This document shows positions 1-8,548 of a stretch of 64,000 nucleotides of DNA, in pieces. The DNA comes from an uncultured Fibrobacteria bacterium. Lineage in GTDB: Bacteria; Fibrobacterota; Fibrobacteria; UBA11236. The stretch's first letter is position 1. The number at the start of each line of letters is the position of its first letter. The notes below the pieces were generated by a model. It had not been told where the DNA came from and made no database searches. It worked only from the letters and a program-made list of their open reading frames with translations. The stretch covers positions 2,368,001 to 2,432,000 of the forward strand of contig OY970309.1 in the NCBI GenBank assembly GCA_963716395.1, in the 5' to 3' direction. Both the position numbers and the translations under genes were made by a program.

Positions 1-1911
1 AAATTCTGGCTTTTACTCATCATTCCCATCCTCGGCCTGGGCGCGTTCCTGATTTACCAGAATCGGCCGACGAAACGGTTCTCGCGGCACATTGCCAAGG
101 CCAGGCTGTACGCGAAGGAAAACAATCTTATCGCCGCCCAGCGCGAATACGAATCCGCCTACGACATCATCGGAAAATTCTCCCCGCACGTCTCGCTGGA
201 AGTGCTGCGTTTGATGAACCGTAAAGCCTTGCAGGACAAGAATCCGGCGCAGGCCCTGGTCAACACGCGCGCTTACGTGCAGGAGCATTCTGCCGTCAAG
301 GAAGGGCGCATTCTCCTCGCCCAGCTCGCCTTTCAGGCCGGCGACGATCAAACCGCCTTTCAGGCGGTAGATACCCTGTTGCAGATGGATTCGGCCTATT
401 TCCCGGCCCGGCTGCTGCTGGCCGAGGTGCGCACCCGGCAAGGCCGCCTTGATCTCGCCGAAGCGCAGTTGCGCATTCTGTACCACAATTACCCGGACTC
501 CCTGCACGTGCTGCTTCCCTTGGCGGAGAACCTGCTCAAGCAGGGCAAGATCGGAGAGAGCCGGCGCTTTCTCCGGGACGTTTTGGCCGATCATCCCGAT
601 AACGCGCCCGCGCGGCTATTTCTCGTGGACGGTTATCTGGCGGAACGGAAAACCGATTCGGCGCAGGCGATTTTGGATGCCTGGCAGAAATCGGCGACAC
701 CGGAAATGCTGCGACCCATTACGATGCGCCGCGGGCTGATAGCAGCGATATCGGACCGCTTTGCCGCCGCGGAATCCATTCTCGCCCCTTATCGTGAACC
801 TAACGAGGAGAACGCTCCGGTCGTCTCCGAGATTGCACAGATTAAGGTCGCCCAGGGACAATATGATTCTGCCATTCGAATCTATGCCGCCTTGGGTCAG
901 AGCGTGCCCAAGGTCCGCGCCTTGTGTGAGCGCATGAACGTGTTGCTGTACTTGAAGACACAAAATCCGGCGCGCTCTCTGCAGCGGGCCGAGGCCCTGC
1001 AAGCGGGCCAAAGAAACCCGGAACTGCTGCCTTTCATTCTGGCCGCCTACGAGTCCCAGGGGATGAACAATAAGATCGAGGAAGTCCTTTCCAAGCAGCC
1101 GGTTTCCGTGCAAGTGGGCCTGCGCAAATTGATCAACGAATGGTTACCGGACAAGGCTTATATCGGGCAATGGGCTCTGGTGAAATACTTCGAATTGAAC
1201 AACCAGCGCTTTTGGGTGCTGACTTCCAGCCAGGAGATGTACAAGAATTGGCCGCAGAACGCACTCGCCACGGAGATATACTCCGGCCAGCTCGCCGCCT
1301 TGGGGCAGGTCGCTGCAGCGGCCAAGGTGCTGGAAGGTTTAAAACATCCGGACTTCGGGCAGCGTACGGTTCTGCTCTCCCTTTATACCCGCTCGGGGCA
1401 AGGGGACAAAGCAGGCGCCTTGGCGGCGAAAATGCTGGCGGAAAAGCCCGATGCGCCCGGCCTCAACCTGATCCTGGCCGACCAGGCCATGGTCAGGGGA
1501 GACCCCACGGATGCTGTGGGCCATTATAAAAGGGAATTGGAAATCAACCCCAGCAGTTTGCCCGCCCTGAACAACCTGGCCTGGGAGTATGGAGTCGTCC
1601 GCGGCGATTACGCTGAGGCCGCCCCTTATTTGGAAAAGCTGCGCAACTTGAAGGTTCGGGACGCCCGCATCTTCGATACCATGGGCTGGGTCCTGGCGAA
1701 GAACGGCAAAGCGGCGGAAGGCGAGCCCTACATCCGCCAGGCCCTGGACCTGGTACCCGACTTTCCCAGCTACCTGTTCCACATGGGTTGGAGCCTCGCC
1801 CAAACGGGCCGGAAAGAGGAGGCACGCCGCTTCGTCGAGGCCGCGCTCAGGAGCAAGCTCCCGTTCGATGAAAGGAAAGAGGCGGAATCCATGCTTGCGC
1901 GGAAAGAGTAG
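1..1911 (+). CDS. TPR-repeat protein of PEP-CTERM system (PrsT-like), 5'-truncated by window
   Basis: Frame is open from base 1 (KFWLLLIIPILGLGAFLIY, membrane anchor); many TPR helices; C-terminal LNNLAW...DTMGWVL pattern; directly upstream of exosortase. Confidence 0.8.
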   Translation, partial: KFWLLLIIPILGLGAFLIYQNRPTKRFSRHIAKARLYAKENNLIAAQREYESAYDIIGKFSPHVSLEVLRLMNRKALQDKNPAQALVNTRAYVQEHSAVKEGRILLAQLAFQAGDDQTAFQAVDTLLQMDSAYFPARLLLAEVRTRQGRLDLAEAQLRILYHNYPDSLHVLLPLAENLLKQGKIGESRRFLRDVLADHPDNAPARLFLVDGYLAERKTDSAQAILDAWQKSATPEMLRPITMRRGLIAAISDRFAAAESILAPYREPNEENAPVVSEIAQIKVAQGQYDSAIRIYAALGQSVPKVRALCERMNVLLYLKTQNPARSLQRAEALQAGQRNPELLPFILAAYESQGMNNKIEEVLSKQPVSVQVGLRKLINEWLPDKAYIGQWALVKYFELNNQRFWVLTSSQEMYKNWPQNALATEIYSGQLAALGQVAAAAKVLEGLKHPDFGQRTVLLSLYTRSGQGDKAGALAAKMLAEKPDAPGLNLILADQAMVRGDPTDAVGHYKRELEINPSSLPALNNLAWEYGVVRGDYAEAAPYLEKLRNLKVRDARIFDTMGWVLAKNGKAAEGEPYIRQALDLVPDFPSYLFHMGWSLAQTGRKEEARRFVEAALRSKLPFDERKEAESMLARKE

Positions 1912-1930
1912 CCGGAGCTACGATCCCCCG

Positions 1931-2860
1931 ATGGAGCCTTCCTCAAATCCAACGCCTTCCCATTTCGAACCACGACCGCTCCAGGCCTATGGCGAATGGG
2001 GGATTTGGGTCGTATTTGCGTTCCTGCTTCTGGGCGCTTATCTCCCCACCTTCCGCTGGATGATCCAACGCTGGGACGAATCCGACTCCTACATGTCGCA
2101 CGGTTGGCTGATCCCGCCCCTCGCGGCCTGGCTGCTGTGGCGGGAACGCAAGACCATCGCCGCGGCCGCGGGAAGCGGGGCGGCTTCCGGTCTCGGGGTG
2201 ATCGCCGCGGCGTTGGCCATCCACCTCGTCGCCGGGGTCGCCGACGTTTCTTCCATCTCCGGTTTGACCCTCATACCGGTTCTGCTGGGATTCACCGCGC
2301 TTCGCTTCGGCTGGGGCCTGACCCGCCAAGCCTGGTTCCCGATCACCTTTCTTTTGTGCATGGTCCCCCCCCCGGAATTCATCATCAACGGGATCAATTT
2401 CAACCTCAAACTCTTCGCCGCCGACATCGCCGCCGGGCTGCTCAATGTGACCGGACTTCCGGCTGTGCGCACCGGATCTTTCATGCTCTTCGGCTCCGAA
2501 AAGCTGGCCATCGGCGACGTGTGTTCCGGACTGCGCAGCCTGCTCGCCCTGCTGACCCTCGGCATACTCTACGCCTGGTTGATCCGTTCTAAAGGCGTCG
2601 TCAAGGTGTTGGCCGTGCTGGCGGCCACCATTCCCGCGGCCATCATCGGCAACGGGCTGCGCATCGGCCTGGTAGCCTACCTGGTCGATTGGTTGGGGCA
2701 TGACCGGGTGTTCACACCGTTGATCGGTTCCTGGGATCTGCATCTTTTCACGGGCGCGATTATTTTCATGGCTGATCTGGCCGTGCTGGCCGGGGTCAGC
2801 GCCGCCTCCGATCGTTTTATCCCCTCGCGCCGCCGCCCCACTTCTGGAATACCCGAATGA
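1931..2860 (+). CDS. Exosortase (EpsH/Xrt family)
   Basis: About 8 TM segments; SHGWLIP motif; catalytic triad Cys (DVCSGLRS), Arg (NGLRI), His (DLHLFTG); ATG at 1931 chosen. Confidence 0.93.
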   Translation: MEPSSNPTPSHFEPRPLQAYGEWGIWVVFAFLLLGAYLPTFRWMIQRWDESDSYMSHGWLIPPLAAWLLWRERKTIAAAAGSGAASGLGVIAAALAIHLVAGVADVSSISGLTLIPVLLGFTALRFGWGLTRQAWFPITFLLCMVPPPEFIINGINFNLKLFAADIAAGLLNVTGLPAVRTGSFMLFGSEKLAIGDVCSGLRSLLALLTLGILYAWLIRSKGVVKVLAVLAATIPAAIIGNGLRIGLVAYLVDWLGHDRVFTPLIGSWDLHLFTGAIIFMADLAVLAGVSAASDRFIPSRRRPTSGIPE

Positions 2861-3507
2861 GGCCCACGTCCGGATGGCGAATCGGAGTTCTCACGGGAAT
2901 CGCCCTGGCGCTGCTCGCCGTTACGGCGGCCCTGTCCAATGCGCTTCTGTTCCGCCAGGACGTGCAGGGGAATTCCCATAATACCAGCCATATCTCCACG
3001 GTATTGGGACCCTGGGTGCAAGTCGAGGACATCGGCCCTTCCTTAGGGGAAATCCACGGTCTGGAAACGACCGATATCATCAAGCGGGTGTATGCGAATG
3101 GCCCCCATACCATCGAATTGGTGGTCGCCTATATCCCGCATAGCAGCCGAAAATCAGCGCATGCCCAGGAAGCGTGCCTGCGGGGATCGGGGGCCCAGGT
3201 GGGAAGCATTGCAATGCGGCAGCTCGCGCATTCCCCGGTCTTGGCCAAGTCCATCAGTCTGAATTTGCATGGCCGCCGCGATCAGGTCTATTACTGGTAT
3301 AAGGTCGGCCATATCTACACCGCCGATTACTTATCCACCAGCTTCAAATTGTTCCTGGGCAGATTGACGGGCCACGCGTACCATGGTGCTTCCCTGATTC
3401 GGTTGCTGACTCCTGTGTCCGACGGGGAAAGTCCGGCGGCCGTAAACCGGCGTCTGGAGAACTTCACCAGGTATCTCCTCCCGGAGTTGAGTCGAGCTGT
3501 TCCTTAA
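2857..3507 (+). CDS. Exosortase-associated EpsI family protein
   Basis: ATGA overlap with exosortase; N-terminal TM; HxxExCLxGxG (AHAQEACLRGSG) and YYWY motifs. Confidence 0.85.
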   Translation: MRPTSGWRIGVLTGIALALLAVTAALSNALLFRQDVQGNSHNTSHISTVLGPWVQVEDIGPSLGEIHGLETTDIIKRVYANGPHTIELVVAYIPHSSRKSAHAQEACLRGSGAQVGSIAMRQLAHSPVLAKSISLNLHGRRDQVYYWYKVGHIYTADYLSTSFKLFLGRLTGHAYHGASLIRLLTPVSDGESPAAVNRRLENFTRYLLPELSRAVP

Positions 3508-3563
3508 GGGTTGAGCCGGAGGGAGTTTGAAGCCCGGGCAGTTCGTAGTCTGGCTCAATTCCG

Positions 3564-3600
3564 GGCCAAGACTCGAATAAAGGCCAAGACTCGAATAAAG
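3564..3600. repeat. Perfect 18-bp tandem duplication GGCCAAGACTCGAATAAA x2
   Basis: Read directly; lies in convergent intergenic gap. Confidence 0.9.
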
Positions 3601-3608
3601 AATAATAA

Positions 3609-3624
3609 TGTGACCAAAGTCACA
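3609..3624. promoter_or_regulatory. Crp/Fnr-family-like palindrome TGTGA-N6-TCACA
   Basis: TGTGACCAAAGTCACA with A-rich flanks; position between two stop codons makes function uncertain. Confidence 0.35.
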
Positions 3625-3677
3625 AAGCGTGGCCCCCGCGAGGTTGGAGCGGCCGGGGGGAAAGAACGAGGCTTAAA

Positions 3678-5180
3678 TTATCCGCGGGAGAGAATGAAAA
3701 CCGACTGGGTGAAGACGTGGCCTGCAAATTCGGCCATCACCCAATACAATCCCTGAGCGACATGTGCTGCGTTCCAGGAAACCGAACCGTCCGAGGCGGT
3801 CGAGTGCAGCTTTCGCAAAGTTCGCCCTTGATGATCGAATATCGTGTAGCGTACCGGATATTGCGCCGAACTTTGAAGGCGCATGCCGGCGAGCGACAGG
3901 GAAAATATCCTGCCCTGCCGCCGAATGGTGAGGCCCTGCGTTCCGACTCCAGCCCCGCCGGAACGCAGGGCGGTGGTCGTCTTGATTTCATAAACGTCGA
4001 CGCGGGGTTGTTCCCCATAATCAATGGTGACATACCATCTCCGGGTTTCGGGATCATACCCGGCGCCCCGAATCGACGCCGCGCCCGCGCCGCGGAGATA
4101 ATCCAATTCCGGCATCACCCAGGTGGCGTAAGGCCGGGGCTCGTAGCTTTTTTTGGTGCCCGCCTTCACCGCCAACAAATCATCGGCGTCATAGGCCCAG
4201 ACCTGATAGCGATAGGGATAGGCATGCGGGCCCTTGGCGTCCACGAAAATGGGATCATTGCAATCGGTGGCCGTTCCATAGCAATAGGTTCCCGTGCCCT
4301 GCACGCCGAAAAACAAAACGCTGCGGAAGCCGGCGGGGAAGGCCATTCCTCCGTAACTCGAAGTGAGATTGTACAAATCACTGGTCGTGGCTTCGGCGCC
4401 CAGGCAATTCGTGTCCGCGCACAGGGGATGTGCGAGCGGGTAATACAGCAAGGTGCTACCGGGCGTGGGTGTGGTATCCAATTGATCGGGATCGAAAGAC
4501 GTCGCTGCGGGACCCGCCGAGGTGCAACTGACGATGGGCAAGGCCCAGTTCCCCGTCAGCACAGGTCCCCCCAATAGGGTTTGCCATTCGGTCGGCACGG
4601 GGGTCATGGGGCCGCCCAGTGCGCGCGGGATCGCGTCGGCTTGGATCGCGAAATAGCCTTTGAAATCGCGGGTCAATGAAAGATCGAGTGATGAAATTCC
4701 ATGGCTGGTTTGTTGGGTGCAACCATAATATTCCGCCACCGCGGCGATCAACTTTCCATGATACGCCAATAACCCGTATATCGAACCACCATCTGGAGTG
4801 GTGATTTGCGCCTTTTGCAGCATGTCTCCGTCGGAGATGTCGGCGAATCCTTGCAGGAATGTCGCCTGCGGCAGACTGTCATAATCACGGCTGGTGGAAA
4901 AACTGTCGGGAATCTCCACTTGCGCCACCTGCCCGGGGTTTTGCGCATGACCGCACATAAACAGAGTATGTCTTCCCGAAGGATCGGTATAGGGGGTAAT
5001 GGCCAAACCTCCGTAACCGAACCGCGAAGTGCCCATGGTATCCGTCGGTAAAGCGAAAGCGCCGACATACACCAGGTCGGATTGTTGGAGCAGCGGCTCT
5101 TGTTGGGGATCCGCGGAATTTGCAAGTCCGGTGTAGACGAGAATAGCCGCGCAGAGGGTGTTGCAAACATGAATTTTCAT
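3678..5180 (-). CDS. Secreted protein of unknown function with C-terminal T9SS-type-A/FlgD-Ig-like domain
   Basis: Signal peptide MKIHVCNTLCAAILVYTGLANSA; beta-rich, Cys-containing core; tail YTIFDHQGRTLRKL...WN...GLYWV. Confidence 0.7.
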   Translation of the reverse strand: MKIHVCNTLCAAILVYTGLANSADPQQEPLLQQSDLVYVGAFALPTDTMGTSRFGYGGLAITPYTDPSGRHTLFMCGHAQNPGQVAQVEIPDSFSTSRDYDSLPQATFLQGFADISDGDMLQKAQITTPDGGSIYGLLAYHGKLIAAVAEYYGCTQQTSHGISSLDLSLTRDFKGYFAIQADAIPRALGGPMTPVPTEWQTLLGGPVLTGNWALPIVSCTSAGPAATSFDPDQLDTTPTPGSTLLYYPLAHPLCADTNCLGAEATTSDLYNLTSSYGGMAFPAGFRSVLFFGVQGTGTYCYGTATDCNDPIFVDAKGPHAYPYRYQVWAYDADDLLAVKAGTKKSYEPRPYATWVMPELDYLRGAGAASIRGAGYDPETRRWYVTIDYGEQPRVDVYEIKTTTALRSGGAGVGTQGLTIRRQGRIFSLSLAGMRLQSSAQYPVRYTIFDHQGRTLRKLHSTASDGSVSWNAAHVAQGLYWVMAEFAGHVFTQSVFILSRG

Positions 5181-5557
5181 TCGGCCCTGCATTGTGACTG
5201 AAACTATATCAGGTTTCCCAGCCATATTCCAAGCACCCCGAACGCGCCCGAGCCACGGGTCAATCCGAGTCTGTTTTCATTGGGAAAGTTCCCACCAAAC
5301 CTCAATGATTCGCCGTCTTCCTTGGTTAAAATCTGAAGTGCTTAGGCGCATGTTTTCGCCCAGGGGGTGCGAAGTCTGGGCCCATGGCTTGGGCCGAGAA
5401 CGAACCTACGAGGGAATCATGGCGCCCGCCCCAAAGAGTTCAAAACCAAGCCAGCCTTTGGCGTACGAGGCTTAGTGTGACTGGGTGTTTGTTGGGAGCA
5501 AAGCCACCAGCATAGGGACAGGCTGCGCTTCCTGCGGGTGGAAAAAAAAGAGGCGTT

Positions 5558-5574
5558 TGTCGGAATTTTTTACA
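5558..5574. promoter_or_regulatory. Putative enhancer-binding-protein site (17 bp, TGT-N11-ACA)
   Basis: TGTCGGAATTTTTTACA, 65 bp upstream of the -24 GG of a sigma-54 motif. Confidence 0.6.
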
Positions 5575-5621
5575 ACTCACCCCGGGAGGGTTTTGTTTTC
5601 GATTAATTCAGGATATTTTTT

Positions 5622-5637
5622 GGGCATGCCATTTGCG
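5622..5637 (+). promoter_or_regulatory. Sigma-54 (-24/-12) promoter of PEP-CTERM gene
   Basis: GG-CATGCCATTT-GC has exact GG-N10-GC spacing and TTGC, about 40 bp before the start. Confidence 0.7.
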
Positions 5638-5674
5638 CTAAAGGGTTATGATTTCTTTGGATGGGAGTACTACC

Positions 5675-6316
5675 GTGAAAAAATTCGCATCGATTTCCTT
5701 GGGCATTTTGACCGCTGGAGTGCTTACGGCCAATGCCAATCTGTTGATTAACGGAAGCTTTGAGGACAACGGAAGCAACCTGATTTATAACTATGGAAAT
5801 TGGCAGACTTATTATTCGATCACTGGTTGGTCGAATACGGGAGCCGTTGAAATTCAAGACAACGGATTATATGGTGCCGTGGCCGCCAACGGATCGTATT
5901 GGCTGGAGTTGGATAGCTATTCGCCTTATACCATCACGCAAAGTTTCGGCGCCGTGGCCGGGCAATCCTATACTCTCACCTTTGACTATGCCGGCCGTCC
6001 TGAGTCGCTCCCTCCCCCCGACTATACGATGACGGTCAATGTCGATGGCACCAATATGAATTTCAATACGGTTGAAAGCACGACCCCTGGGTCTTTGAAT
6101 TGGACCGCGGGCAGCATCACTTTCGTCAGCGACGGTTCCGACGTTATTTCCTTTAGCGGCGACAGTGACAACGACAGCTATGGTATGCTACTGGATAATG
6201 TCAACATTGACGATACCCCCGCCGTTCCCGAACCCGCCTCCATGGGTCTTTTTGGAATGGGCTTGCTGGGCTTGTATGGCATGGCCAAGGCTCGTTCGAA
6301 GCGGAAAAAAGCATAA
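5675..6316 (+). CDS. PEP-CTERM sorting domain protein (DUF642-like beta-sandwich)
   Basis: GGGAG RBS plus GTG; signal peptide; LINGSFE start; VPEPAS + TM + basic tail RSKRKKA. Confidence 0.93.
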   Translation: MKKFASISLGILTAGVLTANANLLINGSFEDNGSNLIYNYGNWQTYYSITGWSNTGAVEIQDNGLYGAVAANGSYWLELDSYSPYTITQSFGAVAGQSYTLTFDYAGRPESLPPPDYTMTVNVDGTNMNFNTVESTTPGSLNWTAGSITFVSDGSDVISFSGDSDNDSYGMLLDNVNIDDTPAVPEPASMGLFGMGLLGLYGMAKARSKRKKA

Positions 6317-6347
6317 GCGTCCGGACTTCGCAAAGTCCGCGACTTGC

Positions 6348-6379
6348 AGCGATTCCTCCGGGAATCGCTTTTTTATTTT
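6348..6379 (+). terminator. Rho-independent terminator
   Basis: AGCGATTCC-tccg-GGAATCGCT followed by T-run. Confidence 0.85.
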
Positions 6380-6627
6380 GAGGAATCGTTTTTTCCCCAT
6401 TGGTTCTAACATCCCGCACAGCTTGCCGCAGCTTTAGATTGGAAGCACGCTCCTTCGTTTGCCTTGGTTTTGATACCGTGTGGCTTGCCGCGCGGTGGTT
6501 CATTGATCTCGAATCATCGCTTTTGTGTCTGTGCCTGTGCCGCCGAGGGGGTGGGCCGATGCAGGAGAAGCCGTCGGGCGGCCCCCTGAAGGGGATTTCG
6601 CGGCCACCCCCTAAGCCTCTGAAAAGG

Positions 6628-8034
6628 CTATTGCGCCGCGACGAGTTCGGGTAGACTTTCCAGAGGCGCCGTGTCGCCCTCCTCGGAATCATCGAAGGTG
6701 AGCCGGAATAAGCTGCCTTCGCCCACGCGGCTTTGCACGGTAAGCCGGAACCCCATGATCTCGGCCAGAGCGCGCGAAATGGCCAAACCCAATCCGCTGC
6801 CCCCGTATTTCCGGGCCACCGAACTGTCGGCCTGGCGAAAGGGTTCGAAAATGGCGTCGAGTTGATCCGGGGAAATGCCGATGCCGGTGTCGCGCACTTC
6901 CACGGCACGGGGAGTCCCGTCAGCACCGATGCATAGACGCAGTTGTACCTGGCCGCGTGGGGTGAATTTCACGGCATTGCCCACGAGGTTTACCAGGATT
7001 TGGCGCATTTTCCGGCGATCGCAGGGCAACGGTTCTGCCGACCCGTCCAGACCCTCCAATTCGAAATGAATGCCTTTCTCGCGGCAATGGGGCTCGAAGA
7101 GGTCGGCGGTGGCCAGCAGCACTTCGCCGAGATCCACCGCCTCGACATCCAATTCCAAGCGTCCCGCTTCGATTTTGGAAAGGTCGAGAATATCGTTGAT
7201 CAATTCCAAAAGGTGGCGCCCGTTGCTGCGGATGCGCTGCAAATACACGCGCTCCTTGCAGTCGGGGTCTTCGGGGAATTGCTTGAGCAGGATGCCCGCG
7301 AACCCGATGATGGAGTTGAGCGGGGTGCGCAATTCATGGCTCATGGTGGCCAGAAACACGCTCTTGGCGCGGCTGGCCTCTTCGGCCTGCACGCGCGCGC
7401 GCACCAAATCGGTGATGTCTTGGCACACATAGGCGCAATGCCGGTCGACGCCTTCTTTCCAGGCCACGGGGCATACCGTGGCCGAAAACCAGCGGCGAGC
7501 CTCGCCCTCGTCGCCCTCGACCGCGTATTCGAAGCGCACGGGTTTGCCGCACTGCAGGCATTGGCGGTATTGCGTCAGCCAGAATTCGGTTTCTCCGGTA
7601 TTCTCGGCCAGTTTGTTTTCGAGTTGATCTTCGAGCCCTAAAGGCGTGGTACCGAAATACAGCGCCGCGGCGGCGTTATCCCAGATGTGGCGGATGTCAT
7701 GCGGCAGCACCTCGACCACGCCCATGCGCATGGGTGTGCTGTCGAAAAAGCCTTTGATAATGGCCATGGTGGCGCGGAAGGCTGACTCGGAATCGCGGCC
7801 GCGGCGAAAGCGCCGGCGCAGGAAAAACCAGGCGCCCGCGATCGTGGCCAATGCCGACGCCGCTCCCAAGGCCAGCAGCATGCCGGCCGCCGACAGCAGC
7901 GGTACGCCCCCGGCGGCCAGCCCCGCCCACAACAACACGACGGCCAATGCGCCGCCCGCCGCCAACGCGGTGGACTGCAGGGCGTGGAGTTCCCCTTCCC
8001 GATCTCTGGGCGTTGGCATGCCCGCGGCTTTCAT
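6628..8034 (-). CDS. Membrane sensor histidine kinase (2 TM, PAS, HisKA, HATPase)
   Basis: FLATMSHELRTPL H-box, NLVGNAVKFT, DTGIGI, GGSGLGL; ATG overlaps Hpt stop (ATGA). Confidence 0.9.
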   Translation of the reverse strand: MKAAGMPTPRDREGELHALQSTALAAGGALAVVLLWAGLAAGGVPLLSAAGMLLALGAASALATIAGAWFFLRRRFRRGRDSESAFRATMAIIKGFFDSTPMRMGVVEVLPHDIRHIWDNAAAALYFGTTPLGLEDQLENKLAENTGETEFWLTQYRQCLQCGKPVRFEYAVEGDEGEARRWFSATVCPVAWKEGVDRHCAYVCQDITDLVRARVQAEEASRAKSVFLATMSHELRTPLNSIIGFAGILLKQFPEDPDCKERVYLQRIRSNGRHLLELINDILDLSKIEAGRLELDVEAVDLGEVLLATADLFEPHCREKGIHFELEGLDGSAEPLPCDRRKMRQILVNLVGNAVKFTPRGQVQLRLCIGADGTPRAVEVRDTGIGISPDQLDAIFEPFRQADSSVARKYGGSGLGLAISRALAEIMGFRLTVQSRVGEGSLFRLTFDDSEEGDTAPLESLPELVAAQ

Positions 8035-8381
8035 GCGGCTTTCTTCAGGCTTTGCAGGGCTTGCATGAATTCTTCGAAGTGGATTTGCAGGGCGCCTTGC
8101 GCCCCGTGTACGACCTCGGGCTGACGGGCCTCGGCCGCGCACTCGATCTCGTTGAGAATCCCGCGCAGGGTTTCGGCCCCTACGTTTCCCGAACTCGACT
8201 TCAAGGCATGGGCGTGAAATTCCACTTCTTTCCAATCGTCCCGATCCATGGCCGTCACCAGTTGGCGGTAGCGCGTGGGCGCCGAAGCCAGGAAGTATTC
8301 GAGCAATTTGTCGAGCAGAGGCTCTCCGCCGGCCTTGCGGATGCGGGCCAGGGCGACGGGGTTCACAACGGTCGGACTCAT
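8031..8381 (-). CDS. Stand-alone Hpt protein
   Basis: HAHALKSSSGNVGA motif, about 116 aa, helical. Confidence 0.88.
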   Translation of the reverse strand: MSPTVVNPVALARIRKAGGEPLLDKLLEYFLASAPTRYRQLVTAMDRDDWKEVEFHAHALKSSSGNVGAETLRGILNEIECAAEARQPEVVHGAQGALQIHFEEFMQALQSLKKAA

Positions 8382-8548
8382 GGCGATTTTGCTCGGGGTG
8401 AGGACGCGCCTTTCCCCAAGTGCGCCTCGATTGTAGAGGGTGGCGTCCCGCAAGGACAGCAGGTTTGTGTCCGGGAATCCGGGCCGCCAGTTGAGCTATT
8501 TGGACTTTTGGAAAAAGAATGCGGCCGGGCTCTTCGTCCGGGGCCGGG

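Noticed and set aside
6400-6654. Small ORFs between the PEP-CTERM terminator and the kinase stop
   Set aside because: No RBS, motif or convincing protein composition
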